Shown piece after piece: positions 1 through 9,631 of a stretch of DNA of 32,538 nt. The first letter of the stretch is position 1. Each line of letters starts with the position of its first letter. Made by a program: the position numbers and the translations under genes. Below the pieces are notes generated by a model. The model saw nothing but the letters and a program-made list of their open reading frames with translations. It was not told the origin of the DNA and did no database searches. Origin of the DNA: a virus (Duplodnaviria > Caudoviricetes); IMG/VR virus record IMGVR_UViG_3300025267_000065, positions 1 to 32,538 of that record, one strand, 5' to 3'.

Positions 1-1
1 G

Positions 2-214
2 TATATAGGTCACCAAATGTCTTCTGAGGAAGGTGTTACTTGGGAAGGTCCGACAGCATTTAATCCAAACTCACAATCGAAAGTATCGTGTAGGGTTTCT
101 GGGAAATACTTTGGGGTGAAAGTAGAATCGACCACTGATGTAGATTGGAGATTACATGGGCTGGCTTTTAATGTGACTCCAAGAGGTAATCGTGGAAGCA
201 GGATGCAAGTATAG
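2..214 (+). CDS. C-terminal part of a tail hub/DNA stabilization protein (P22 gp10-like position), 5'-truncated by the window
   Basis: Frame is open from base 2. The end S-x-E-G-x-T-W...RVSGKYFGVKVES...W-x-L resembles gp10-type C-termini, and it lies just before the GNAT-like and ejection genes. Confidence 0.65.
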   Translation, partial: YIGHQMSSEEGVTWEGPTAFNPNSQSKVSCRVSGKYFGVKVESTTDVDWRLHGLAFNVTPRGNRGSRMQV

Positions 215-510
215 TGGCTTATGACCCCAAAGCAATAAAATCTGTAAAACGATGGTCGCCTAATCCAGCGCCAGTATTGCAAGAGGAATTGCCTGACTAC
301 CTGTTTAATGAACTAAATCGGCTGGGCGATATAATATTCAACGTAGATATGCTGCAATTATCCCAAACAAATGTTGCGCCGGGTGATGAGGCTAGGAAGT
401 CCAAACCCAGACAGGGGGATATCAGATATGCTGATGGGGTTAATTGGAATCCCGGTGGTACTGGGGAAGGTATCTATGCTTATCTATCTACGGGATGGTC
501 TAAACTATGA
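214..510 (+). CDS. Small virion/tail-associated protein
   Basis: GTG start overlaps the upstream TAG. Motif GDIRYADGxNWNPG..GEGIYAY..W. Occupies the slot after the gp10-like gene. Confidence 0.55.
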   Translation: MAYDPKAIKSVKRWSPNPAPVLQEELPDYLFNELNRLGDIIFNVDMLQLSQTNVAPGDEARKSKPRQGDIRYADGVNWNPGGTGEGIYAYLSTGWSKL

Positions 511-923
511 AAGCACATTTAATTCACCCTGAAGAAGTAAGTCATATATGGCAAGAGGTTGTTCCGCTACTTTCTAAAGTTAGTCGGCACACCGAAGGTG
601 AATTAGAACCAGATGATTTTCTTGAGCCATTGACACATGGTGATATGCAGTTGTGGATTGCTCAAGATAATTATAAACTAAAGGCTGCGATGATCTCGCA
701 AATTATAACCTACCCACAGAAGAAGATACTTCGATTGATTTCTTTGGCGGGTGAGGACTTTGAGGATATAAGGGAATTTCAAGATATGGTTGAGGGGTTT
801 GCTATCAGACTTGAATGTTCCGCATTAGAAATGTGGGGCAGAAAAGGTTGGAAGAAACTTTTACCAGACTGGAATGACACTTACATTGTATATACAAAGG
901 ACTTAAAACAGAGGATGCAATAA
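507..923 (+). CDS. GNAT-fold virion assembly protein (position of P22 gp14 / T7 gp13)
   Basis: ATGA coupling. GNAT-like pattern QLW...L.LxSLAG...FA...C...GRKGW, immediately before the ejection genes. Confidence 0.6.
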   Translation: MKAHLIHPEEVSHIWQEVVPLLSKVSRHTEGELEPDDFLEPLTHGDMQLWIAQDNYKLKAAMISQIITYPQKKILRLISLAGEDFEDIREFQDMVEGFAIRLECSALEMWGRKGWKKLLPDWNDTYIVYTKDLKQRMQ

Positions 924-1612
924 TGGCAGGTGGAGCAAATCAATATTCAGATATGGGTAGTATGAAAAAAGCGCAGCGTTTTGCTAGAGAAGGTAAGATG
1001 GGTAGGGCGCATCAAGCATGGACAGGTGGTGGTGGCGACTGGACTGGTGACACTCATCGGGCTTTGAAGCAGTTGGGTGGTATAGGCTCTGGAAGATTAC
1101 AGCAAGCACTCAGGTTCGGTCAAGGTGGTATGTTTGGCAGAGCAGCCCAACAGATAGGCCGTGGTGGTGGTCAGTGGGGTGAAGGATATGATGACCAAGA
1201 AAATGGTGTGGGTGGCTTACTAAGGGACTACTTAAGGTCTAATCCAGATGCTGACGTTGGTGAATTTAACTATGGTGATATAAGCGATACTGATCTTGCG
1301 CAAGCACAGAGGTTTGCTCAAGCAGGTATGATGGGCAGAGCCAAAGGATTGTTTGGTGATGCGTGGAGTGGTGCTTATGGAAAGAGACTAAACACCCAAC
1401 TACAGGCTGATGCAGCAAGAAATCCCTATGAGAAAGGAACCTCGATGGGCTTTGACTGGGGCGATGCTACTGATGAACAGGTAGCAGCAGCCAAAGAAGC
1501 AGCCCTTGCTGGTACTGGTAAGATGGGTAGGGCAAAAGCAGCATTTGGTGCTGAAAACTGGAGTCCTCTGATGCACCAGCAGATGGAAGCGTATCGTAGA
1601 GGAAACCTATAG
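923..1612 (+). CDS. Gly/Ala-rich repeat protein, putative ejection/internal virion protein
   Basis: TAATG coupling. Four repeats of A-x-R-F-A-x-x-G-x-M-G-R-A. Located in the ejection gene block. Confidence 0.55.
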   Translation: MAGGANQYSDMGSMKKAQRFAREGKMGRAHQAWTGGGGDWTGDTHRALKQLGGIGSGRLQQALRFGQGGMFGRAAQQIGRGGGQWGEGYDDQENGVGGLLRDYLRSNPDADVGEFNYGDISDTDLAQAQRFAQAGMMGRAKGLFGDAWSGAYGKRLNTQLQADAARNPYEKGTSMGFDWGDATDEQVAAAKEAALAGTGKMGRAKAAFGAENWSPLMHQQMEAYRRGNL

Positions 1613-1621
1613 GAGTATATT

Positions 1622-2554
1622 ATGGCAGGTGGAAGCAGAAATTATGCAGATATGTACTCCAAGTATAAACAAGGATCGGCATCTGATTCTGACTTTGAGA
1701 AGTATGTAGATTCTCAAGGAGACTTGAAGGCTGCGTGGAAATCTATACAAGATGATCCACAAGGAACTCAAGGTTCTTATTGGATACAGCGTGGAGCCAC
1801 TTCTAAGGCTGCCTTTGGTCGCGCTCATGCTGCCGAAGACTCTGCCTTATATACTGGTAACTACCAAGGTGGTACAGAAGTAAGGCGCGGTACAAAGGCG
1901 TGGGATGATTACTTCGACGATAAAGGTGGTACTAGATTCGATAAATGGGCTAAAGGTAAGAAGACAAAAGGCAATGGTGGTAATGGTAAGAAACCAAAGG
2001 TAAAGTATCCTTGGGATGATCCTGAAAATAAAACTAATACCTTCCATCCTATGCTTGTTCCTGACTACGAGGCTCCTGAAGCACACAGTATGTTTGGTGC
2101 TGAGTACCAGCCATGGTCACAGGCATCTGTTGATGAAGGGTATGTACCAGAGAATGTATGGAACTATGCTCCCCCACAATTAACTGTAGGACGACCTCAA
2201 TGGGGTGCGAATCCTATGGGTCCACTCAGTGAACAGCCGTGGATAGATATAGAGAACGCTAAGAAGGCTGCTGCTGCAAAGGCTGCTGCTTCACAATCTG
2301 GCACAGGAGATCAAGGTGCTGAAGGTACGAGTTTTGATGATGAGGGATATGAGATTATGCCAAATGGAACAAGGACGGGTATGCACATTTCTCAGATGGA
2401 CCCGTTAGGAATAGGGGACAAGATTCTTAGTTGGATGGGTGCTGATTCGGCAGGAGTCCAGAGGGCAAAAGCCTTTGCTAGAGAGCATGGAATAGACCCT
2501 GATGTGGTTGGCGGTGGGGTAGCACCAGAAATAGCAACAGATGGCCCTTCTTAG
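1622..2554 (+). CDS. Putative ejection/internal virion protein
   Basis: AGGAG SD. N-terminus MAGGSRNYADM resembles that of the previous gene; low-complexity sequence. Confidence 0.55.
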   Translation: MAGGSRNYADMYSKYKQGSASDSDFEKYVDSQGDLKAAWKSIQDDPQGTQGSYWIQRGATSKAAFGRAHAAEDSALYTGNYQGGTEVRRGTKAWDDYFDDKGGTRFDKWAKGKKTKGNGGNGKKPKVKYPWDDPENKTNTFHPMLVPDYEAPEAHSMFGAEYQPWSQASVDEGYVPENVWNYAPPQLTVGRPQWGANPMGPLSEQPWIDIENAKKAAAAKAAASQSGTGDQGAEGTSFDDEGYEIMPNGTRTGMHISQMDPLGIGDKILSWMGADSAGVQRAKAFAREHGIDPDVVGGGVAPEIATDGPS

Positions 2555-2567
2555 AGAGGAATAAATT

Positions 2568-3623
2568 ATGGGTGGTGGAACAACAGTAAAAACAACTACA
2601 GCGGAACCGTGGAAGGAACAAATACCTTACCTAACTAGCGGATTTGACGCAGCCAAGGCACTGTACAATAAGGGTATACCTGAGTATTATCCGGGAGAAA
2701 CGCTGGCTGGGTTCGATCCCGCCCAGACTGCTGCTCATCAGGCTACACTTGGTTACGCTATGGGTCCACGTGCTGCTGCGATGCAACAGGGCGCGGAAGG
2801 TGCTTTAGGTAGATCGCTTGGCGGGTATACTGGATTCACTCCACGACAGACTTATGATCTCATGGCAGGTAATGTCCGTACTGGTGCAGGAACTCCTTAC
2901 TCTGCTATGGAGAATGCTCTCACACAGGGCGTAATGGGAAATCTAAAAGGTAATATATTGCCGGGCCTTCGGGACCAACTAATGCGTACAGGGCAGCAGG
3001 GCGGGAGTAGCCGTAATGACCTTGTACAGAACAAAGCAATTGCTAGTGCTGTTCAGGCTGGCTTAACTAAACCTTTAGCGCAGATGTATACTGATGCTTA
3101 TCAGACAGCCCAAGGTATGCGTTTACCAACGGCTCAAATGGGTATAGGGCAACAGCAATTTGGTCAGCAACAGTACCCAACGACTATGGCTGCTCCACTC
3201 TCACTCTATGGTGCAATGGGAGATGTCGGGCAGCAAAGAAGGGCTATGAGTCAGGAAGCCATGAATCGAGATATGGCCCGTTACCAGTATCAGGCAACAG
3301 CACCGCAGCAGGCGTTGGCTAACTACATGTCAATGATAACTGGAAATTATGGCGGGACTACAACGCAGACTTCACCTAAAGATAACTCCGCAATGCTGGG
3401 TATGCTAGGTAAGATTGGTGGCGCACTGATTATGTCCGACATCAGAACTAAGAGAGACATAAAACCTGTTGGTAAATACAAAGGTATGGGTGTCTATGAT
3501 TACAAATACAAGGACAGCCCCAAACAATACAGAGGCTTGATGGCGCAGGAAGTTGAACAACATATGCCAGAAGCAGTTGTTAATATTGGTGGTGTAAAAC
3601 ACATTGACTACGGTAAAGTATAA
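2568..3623 (+). CDS. DNA ejection/pilot-type protein with C-terminal peptidase S74 (intramolecular chaperone) domain
   Basis: GAGGA SD. MGGG...PW..Q.PYL start and Q/A/G-rich body typical of ejection proteins. C-terminal SDIRTKRDI...Y.YK...GLMAQEVE..PEAV...IDY is the S74 signature. Confidence 0.75.
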   Translation: MGGGTTVKTTTAEPWKEQIPYLTSGFDAAKALYNKGIPEYYPGETLAGFDPAQTAAHQATLGYAMGPRAAAMQQGAEGALGRSLGGYTGFTPRQTYDLMAGNVRTGAGTPYSAMENALTQGVMGNLKGNILPGLRDQLMRTGQQGGSSRNDLVQNKAIASAVQAGLTKPLAQMYTDAYQTAQGMRLPTAQMGIGQQQFGQQQYPTTMAAPLSLYGAMGDVGQQRRAMSQEAMNRDMARYQYQATAPQQALANYMSMITGNYGGTTTQTSPKDNSAMLGMLGKIGGALIMSDIRTKRDIKPVGKYKGMGVYDYKYKDSPKQYRGLMAQEVEQHMPEAVVNIGGVKHIDYGKV

Positions 3624-4069
3624 TGGCTAACGGCGCAGACTTTAGTTTTCTGAAGAAACTTGGCATAGGTGACGCACAGCGACCTAACTTTACTGGCACT
3701 GCTGGTTATGGGCCAAGTGATGTTGATCCTCGTTTAGCGGCTGCTGCTGGTGGCCCCGGATGGGGTAGTGCCATGGCTCCAAGTACAATGGGCGCAGCAG
3801 CCAAAGCAGGTAAGTTTGATGACATCTTTAACTCCCAACTAGCGAGTGGCCTACCAGATATGCTTGCAGAGTTTGGTAAGCGACCTGAGACTTATGCATC
3901 AGATGCTACTGGACAGAGCGGTCAGCCGGGTATGGAAAACTTTGAAGTCCTTGATCCCGGTGGTGGTTGGGCAGGTGAGTACGCTCCTTCAGGCTATAAA
4001 GATTTGATTGCCGACCCATCTATAGAAGGTTATAGACCGAACTATAAGAAGCGTAAGAGGTATACTTAA
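3623..4069 (+). CDS. Hypothetical protein, probable internal virion protein
   Basis: TAATG coupling at both ends; Gly/Ala-rich with a basic tail. Confidence 0.55.
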   Translation: MANGADFSFLKKLGIGDAQRPNFTGTAGYGPSDVDPRLAAAAGGPGWGSAMAPSTMGAAAKAGKFDDIFNSQLASGLPDMLAEFGKRPETYASDATGQSGQPGMENFEVLDPGGGWAGEYAPSGYKDLIADPSIEGYRPNYKKRKRYT

Positions 4070-5817
4070 TGAATCCTGTCTATAAAATGTATCTAGAAGA
4101 TTTGGAAAGGCGGAAAAGACTCGGCCTACCACCGCTAGGATACTCTGTAACTCCTGAAGGAAAACTCACTATTAATATTACTGGGCGTCCGGATGCTCCT
4201 GTTGACACAACAAGAGGTCTAACCCGTGGCCTAGACCGTTCTGGTGAGTCAAGCGAATCTACTCCTGAGTGGGCAGAACATTTAACCCCTTCTCAGTATG
4301 GTGGGGCGTACAGGAGAGGTCAAGAGAAGGCCATGGATACGACCTACTGGTTAGACAAACAATACCCCACAAAAAAGAAAACTGTCATCACGCAAGAAGA
4401 TGGTAAGCCTACCAAGAAAGTAACTACTGAGACAGAAAATACGGAAGGAGAGCGTACTCAGTATGATATAATGATGGAGCAGTTCGCAGACCATGCTGCT
4501 GGTAATACAGGAGATACTGGGGGATTTAGTATAATCTCTAATGCAGAAGCAGCCGAGCGTGGACTGATGCCAAGACAAAAAGAAGACGGCTCTTGGTGGT
4601 GGTGGGATAAAATTAAGCAAGCGTTTGTTGGTATTATGCAACAGTCGGGAGGATTAAATCAGCAGGGCGTTGGCGACTTAATCCTAGATGAAAATCTTGA
4701 ACCTACTCAGGCTATAACTGATGTTGCTGAAGGTGTCGGTACTTTATTTGAAACTACCGCAGAACGTGAAGCAAGGTTAAGACAGCAGCGTCCAATGCAG
4801 GACTATCAGGGCGCACTTGCTGGCCTTATAGGTCAAACTCCTACTGGACAAATGGGATCGGGTGAGGTACTACCCGGCTCTGCTGCTCATTCCTTTCTAA
4901 GTGACTCTGGAGGGATTGAAGGTCCGTATATCCAACGTGGGCCTCCTGCAAGGGTGCCTGAAGGATTCATGACTCCTGCAAGAGAACAGGAGGTGGCAGA
5001 ACAGGCTATAGAAGATCGTATATGGGGTAACTATAAATACGATGTGGGTGCTGCTAGGAAGCAGTATGAAGCAGATATGGCTGAGATATACAAGAAGGCT
5101 ATGCAGTTATCTATGTTCGATATAGACCCGTCTGCATTTGTAGAACTTGCTACTAAGCGAATGGAACAAACGTCAGCCTTTGACGAGCAGGAAAGACTAC
5201 AGAAGATACAGCGTGGTATCTACTATACTGAAGATGGTAAGTGGGACCCACCCTCATCCAAGAGAGTAGCGTTTAACAGAGCCAAGAGGTTTGGTGCTGG
5301 TGTTAAACTAGCATCTGCTATCTCTGGCTTTGATCCGGGTAAAGAAAAAGCAAAAGAATTTGTTAATTGGTTTAATGCTAAAACTGGTGATTCTACTTAC
5401 CTTGAGAAAGGAAAAGAACCTGAAGGCGGTTCAAGGGCAGGGTGGCAGAAAGGCGTGTTATCCCAAGCGAAAGGTGAGGCAGGACATTTTACGGAACGTC
5501 TTATACAAGGTGTTAGGTCTATATTATACAATACATCTGGAGGAATACAAGGTCGTTTTGATGCTGCTGTTAGGGAGCATATGGCACACCAGAAAATTGA
5601 TACTATAGTTGGGTATAATCCTACTAGGGCTAGGAGATCATCAGAAGAGTTTGTAATTTCTATAATGCCTGAAGAAGTGCTTCAAGCCTATACCTATACA
5701 CCGAATGAAGGTGAGGAAATTACAGACGAACTTATAGATGCTTTGAGGAAACAAGGCTACATAGCAATCATGACTCCAGAAGGGGTGAAGTATATAGTCA
5801 CAGGTATTGACGAATAA
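4069..5817 (+). CDS. Putative internal virion/ejection protein
   Basis: 582-aa translationally coupled ORF in the ejection block; no catalytic motif recognised. Confidence 0.55.
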   Translation: MNPVYKMYLEDLERRKRLGLPPLGYSVTPEGKLTINITGRPDAPVDTTRGLTRGLDRSGESSESTPEWAEHLTPSQYGGAYRRGQEKAMDTTYWLDKQYPTKKKTVITQEDGKPTKKVTTETENTEGERTQYDIMMEQFADHAAGNTGDTGGFSIISNAEAAERGLMPRQKEDGSWWWWDKIKQAFVGIMQQSGGLNQQGVGDLILDENLEPTQAITDVAEGVGTLFETTAEREARLRQQRPMQDYQGALAGLIGQTPTGQMGSGEVLPGSAAHSFLSDSGGIEGPYIQRGPPARVPEGFMTPAREQEVAEQAIEDRIWGNYKYDVGAARKQYEADMAEIYKKAMQLSMFDIDPSAFVELATKRMEQTSAFDEQERLQKIQRGIYYTEDGKWDPPSSKRVAFNRAKRFGAGVKLASAISGFDPGKEKAKEFVNWFNAKTGDSTYLEKGKEPEGGSRAGWQKGVLSQAKGEAGHFTERLIQGVRSILYNTSGGIQGRFDAAVREHMAHQKIDTIVGYNPTRARRSSEEFVISIMPEEVLQAYTYTPNEGEEITDELIDALRKQGYIAIMTPEGVKYIVTGIDE

Positions 5818-8621
5818 TGGCTTATGAGTTAGTCTCTGCTAATAATTTCAGTAGAAAGAAAAAAAAGAAAGGCTTTTGGCCTACCACTGGAGGGTATGTA
5901 TTAAAAAGTCTTGAGATGCTTGAGCGTCCAAGTCAAGCCCTGAAGGTAGGTATTAAAGAAACTCTTGATGAAGACCCTGAAGGGTTCCTTGAAGGTGCTA
6001 GGAAAGGCTGGATGGGTGAAGATGCTGTACGAATGCAGGACTTTATGGACCCTGAGTTTGTTAAACAACATCCTTTTTGGGCAGGGGTAGGTGGGTTTAT
6101 TGGTGATGTAGCAACTGATCCTCTAACCTATCTTGGCCCCGGACTTGTAAGGGGAGCAGCAAAAGGAATCTCTGCTACTGCAAAGGCAACTCCCGGCTTT
6201 GAAAAGGTTAGTGAGGGTGTCTATAAACTAGGGCAAACCACTGCTGCACAGAATATTGCCAGAGGACTTAATGTTCCTTATGGCGCAGCGAGACAGGTCT
6301 TAGGGTTTGGTCGACAGGGTATGGATCGCTACCATAGTTATGGTCGAGATATCGACAAGATGGTAAAGGACTATGTTAAGTGGAGTGAGAAGAGGGCTAA
6401 ATCACTTGGTGTAAAGAAAGACGAAGTAGACAAAGCGTTCCGCAATTATGTAGAACTAGATAAACCTGATGGGCATCATCTAACAACTCTTGGTGATGAA
6501 GGACAGGCTCTTGCAGACCACCATATTGCAAAGTATGCTGATATGTTAGAAAAAGAACGTTTACAAGGTATACGTACTGGTGAGGTAGGGCAGCAACACG
6601 TTCTTAGGACAGGGGAAGAAGGGTTAGAGCCAACAAAACTAGGGTACATTAGGCACGTAGCAACTCCCGCCGCAAGACGAGGAGGATGGGATGAAGGGTC
6701 ATTCGCTGACACTATTCTTAATAAAGATGCTTTCCTTAAACAAAGGAAGTTTGAAGGGATGTCGACTGATGATGCTAATAGACTGACCCAGCAATTATAT
6801 GGTTATGATGTTTTCCATACTGATCCTGCTGTTATGATGGGAGTAAGGTTTAGTGAACACGCTGCTTCCATGTCGAACAAATGGTTTGCCGATCAGATAG
6901 GAAAGTTTGATATTGGTAGAACATTACCACAAATTAAAGCAGAAATAAAAGAAAGGGCTGGTAAATTACTAGATGAAAATGCTCCCGATGAGGAGATACT
7001 AGGATTATTCCGTGGCATACCCGGAACAAAAGGTGGTAAGTCTGAGTGGCTTCCAGTAAAGGGAATGGTCGATGAGAAAGGACAACAACTATTCTTTCCT
7101 AAAGAGGTTGCAAAGCAGATAACAGACAGACAACAGTTAATGCTTGGCAAGACAGGCAAGGTTAATGAGTTTGTTAAGTTCTATGACAACCTACAAACCG
7201 GATGGAAAAAGTGGTCACTTGGTATTCGCCCTGCTTACCATACTCGTAATGCTGTAGGAAACGTATTGAATGCTTACACTGTAGCAGGTGTAAAGAATCC
7301 TGCTGTGTATTGGCACGCTGGTAACTTACAGCAAAAAATTATACGAGGAGTAAAACTAAAGGACACGGGGGATTTCCAAGGCACTGGTATGTCGGAGAAG
7401 GAACTCTGGGATGTAATGAATGCTAATGGCATCACTGGCAAGCATCAATACGGTTTAGATGTTCAGCGTTCAGCAGAACTGGAGATGGAGAAACTTGCTG
7501 GCTATAAGAAAACTGGCATGGAAAAAATATCCACTCTTGGTGCAGAGAATCCTGTTGTAGATTGGGGATTTGCTGTTGGTTCTACTATAGAACAGAATGC
7601 AAGAGCAGCAGTATTCATAGATAAGTTACGCAAGGCTAGGAATAATATTCCGAAGAAGAATAGCAAGTATAAATACTATAATCCTCAAACTGGCAAACTA
7701 GAAAGAGTGAGCGATAAAGGTAGTGCAGTACATTACGCCAGCCAAGAAACAAAGAAAGCCTTGTTCGATTACTCTGACCTGTCTGTATTCGAGCAGCAGG
7801 TACTAAAGAGATTCATTCCTTTCTATACGTGGTCACGTAAGAATATACCAGCACAGTTAAATTCTTTAGTGACTAATCCCCAACGCCTTGAGACTCTACA
7901 GATTGCGAGAGCGCAGTTAGAGCATAGCGGTGGTGGTGTGCCAGAGAATGAAGACATCGGCCCTTTCTGGAGGAACAGGGTTCCATTGTTTCTAGGCAAA
8001 GAAACTGACAGGGTGCGTAAGGTATTCTCTTTATTAAACTATGCCCCTATAGCCGACATAGAGCGTCTTGGACATCCTAAAGAGATGATTACTGAGATGA
8101 TTTCCCCCTTACTTAGAGAACCTTTCGAGCAATTATTTAACTATGATATGTACAGGAAGGAGTCTATTAGTGAGTACAAGGGACAGACCAAAGACTTTCT
8201 AGGTGTAGCACTTCCAGCCAGAGTTTATAAACTAGCACAGATACTCGTACCCATAGTCGAACTTAACAGACTTAATCCGGGTGGTATGTTTGGTATGCAG
8301 GTTTCTGATCCTGTTACTGGTGAACAAACTACGTCAGCAGCCTTCGGCGGTCTTGGTGCACAGAGAGAGAGTGGCCCTATTGACGTACCCGGTGTGGCTA
8401 GAGTTATACGTTACTTCCTTGGTGTACAGGAATACGATGTAAACCTAGAGAAGAATGCCTACTGGAGACAGAAGAACTTTGTAAAGGACTTGAGAGCATT
8501 GAAGTCTAAACTCAAGTGGGCTATGGCTAAAGGAGAAAAACGTAGAGCAGATGAACTTCTATCCCTGATAGAACAGATACTTGCTGGTGACGAACACGAT
8601 CCATTACGTTTAGGAAGATAG
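5817..8621 (+). CDS. Large internal virion/ejection protein
   Basis: 934 aa, last and largest gene of the block. Motifs D.ATDPLTYLG, PAYHTRNAVGN and FDYSDLS.FE...KRFIPFYTWSRKNIP are typical of large podophage DNA-transfer proteins. Confidence 0.7.
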   Translation: MAYELVSANNFSRKKKKKGFWPTTGGYVLKSLEMLERPSQALKVGIKETLDEDPEGFLEGARKGWMGEDAVRMQDFMDPEFVKQHPFWAGVGGFIGDVATDPLTYLGPGLVRGAAKGISATAKATPGFEKVSEGVYKLGQTTAAQNIARGLNVPYGAARQVLGFGRQGMDRYHSYGRDIDKMVKDYVKWSEKRAKSLGVKKDEVDKAFRNYVELDKPDGHHLTTLGDEGQALADHHIAKYADMLEKERLQGIRTGEVGQQHVLRTGEEGLEPTKLGYIRHVATPAARRGGWDEGSFADTILNKDAFLKQRKFEGMSTDDANRLTQQLYGYDVFHTDPAVMMGVRFSEHAASMSNKWFADQIGKFDIGRTLPQIKAEIKERAGKLLDENAPDEEILGLFRGIPGTKGGKSEWLPVKGMVDEKGQQLFFPKEVAKQITDRQQLMLGKTGKVNEFVKFYDNLQTGWKKWSLGIRPAYHTRNAVGNVLNAYTVAGVKNPAVYWHAGNLQQKIIRGVKLKDTGDFQGTGMSEKELWDVMNANGITGKHQYGLDVQRSAELEMEKLAGYKKTGMEKISTLGAENPVVDWGFAVGSTIEQNARAAVFIDKLRKARNNIPKKNSKYKYYNPQTGKLERVSDKGSAVHYASQETKKALFDYSDLSVFEQQVLKRFIPFYTWSRKNIPAQLNSLVTNPQRLETLQIARAQLEHSGGGVPENEDIGPFWRNRVPLFLGKETDRVRKVFSLLNYAPIADIERLGHPKEMITEMISPLLREPFEQLFNYDMYRKESISEYKGQTKDFLGVALPARVYKLAQILVPIVELNRLNPGGMFGMQVSDPVTGEQTTSAAFGGLGAQRESGPIDVPGVARVIRYFLGVQEYDVNLEKNAYWRQKNFVKDLRALKSKLKWAMAKGEKRRADELLSLIEQILAGDEHDPLRLGR

Positions 8622-8622
8622 A

Positions 8623-8994
8623 ATGAAAGCACTTTTACTTATGTTGCTACTACTAGCAGCACCTGCCCTTGCTGGGCCTCCTGAAGGTATGGTGAAACAA
8701 ATTATCCCATTCCCAGCAATGTGCTTACCAGCCACAGCAGAGAAACATCATTTTGCTACTCTCATGGGCGCATTAATTGAGGACTACGGAGTCCACATCT
8801 CGATGACGTTCAGCGCGTCACCTTTCCAAAACCAACGGGTTGCAATCATTGAGAACCCAGATACTGGTTTGGCTGGTGTGTTGATTATTACAGATGAGCA
8901 AACGTGCATTGCACTTTCAGGTGAAGGTCGACAGGAGTTTGTTAGGCCACCAAATCACCCAATTGGTGAATCAAATGAGGACCCAAAGACATGA
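8623..8994 (+). CDS. Exported hypothetical protein
   Basis: Signal peptide MKALLLMLLLLAAPALA; two Cys in the mature part. Confidence 0.65.
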   Translation: MKALLLMLLLLAAPALAGPPEGMVKQIIPFPAMCLPATAEKHHFATLMGALIEDYGVHISMTFSASPFQNQRVAIIENPDTGLAGVLIITDEQTCIALSGEGRQEFVRPPNHPIGESNEDPKT

Positions 8995-9197
8995 GCGAGG
9001 TATCCGATGTGGAATTGGGGAAGTTAATTCAACAGATATCCACGTTGGAAGTCATGGTAAAGGAACAGAACGTAAGGTTAGATAAGTTAGATCAACAATT
9101 AGAAAGAACTAGGGGTATTGGTATAGGTATAGTATTAGCGACTGTAGGATTATCCGGTGTTGGTGCATCCCTATTTACGAGGTGGCTAGGACAATGA
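8991..9197 (+). CDS. Coiled-coil plus single-TM protein, holin/hemolysin-like candidate
   Basis: GAGGA SD and ATGA overlap. Heptad N-terminus followed by hydrophobic GIGIGIVLATVGLSGVGASLF. Confidence 0.55.
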   Translation: MSEVSDVELGKLIQQISTLEVMVKEQNVRLDKLDQQLERTRGIGIGIVLATVGLSGVGASLFTRWLGQ

Positions 9198-9265
9198 ATA
9201 TAGACTCAAGGGTTTTAATGGCGCAGTCCAGCCCGATGCAACAGAAAGGAAATCCATATAACTAA
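9194..9265 (+). CDS. Possible 23-aa peptide MNIDSRVLMAQSSPMQQKGNPYN (not in ORF track)
   Basis: Fills the gap exactly, with an ATGA overlap upstream and a TAATG overlap downstream. Confidence 0.4.
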   Translation: MNIDSRVLMAQSSPMQQKGNPYN

Positions 9266-9456
9266 TGAATCATTTATACGATGTTCAGATGACTTGGTTT
9301 CAACACGCGAGGGGTGCATGGAGAATGTCTTTGAAGTTGTTTCTTTTGTCGTTGACTGCTGCGGTACATGGATTGTTACCCTTTACGTTTACGTCCACAG
9401 CATCTAAAGGGATAAAGGAGATGTCTAGTGAGTTGGATAAGGGAAACCATACATAA
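9265..9456 (+). CDS. Small membrane protein, DUF6356-like
   Basis: Pattern H...xxTW/YFQH...A...S..L......HG.LPF.F..TAS recalled for this family. Confidence 0.6.
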   Translation: MNHLYDVQMTWFQHARGAWRMSLKLFLLSLTAAVHGLLPFTFTSTASKGIKEMSSELDKGNHT

Positions 9457-9631
9457 TTTTACTTGTATTTTTTGCAGTAGGTATTGGTCTATAGCCTTGA
9501 ATTATGGAGCAGACCATGTTATAATAAACAAAGAATTACATTGTCCTTGGTGCGGAAGCAAGCACGCTTATGTAACAGACGATGACTTTAGAGGGAATAC
9601 ACATCGAACCAAGAAAGCAGGAATTGAATGA
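9428..9631 (+). CDS. Zinc-ribbon protein
   Basis: GTG start after AAGGAG; CIFC...CPWCG; ATGA overlap with the next gene. Confidence 0.6.
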   Translation: MSWIRETIHNFTCIFCSRYWSIALNYGADHVIINKELHCPWCGSKHAYVTDDDFRGNTHRTKKAGIE

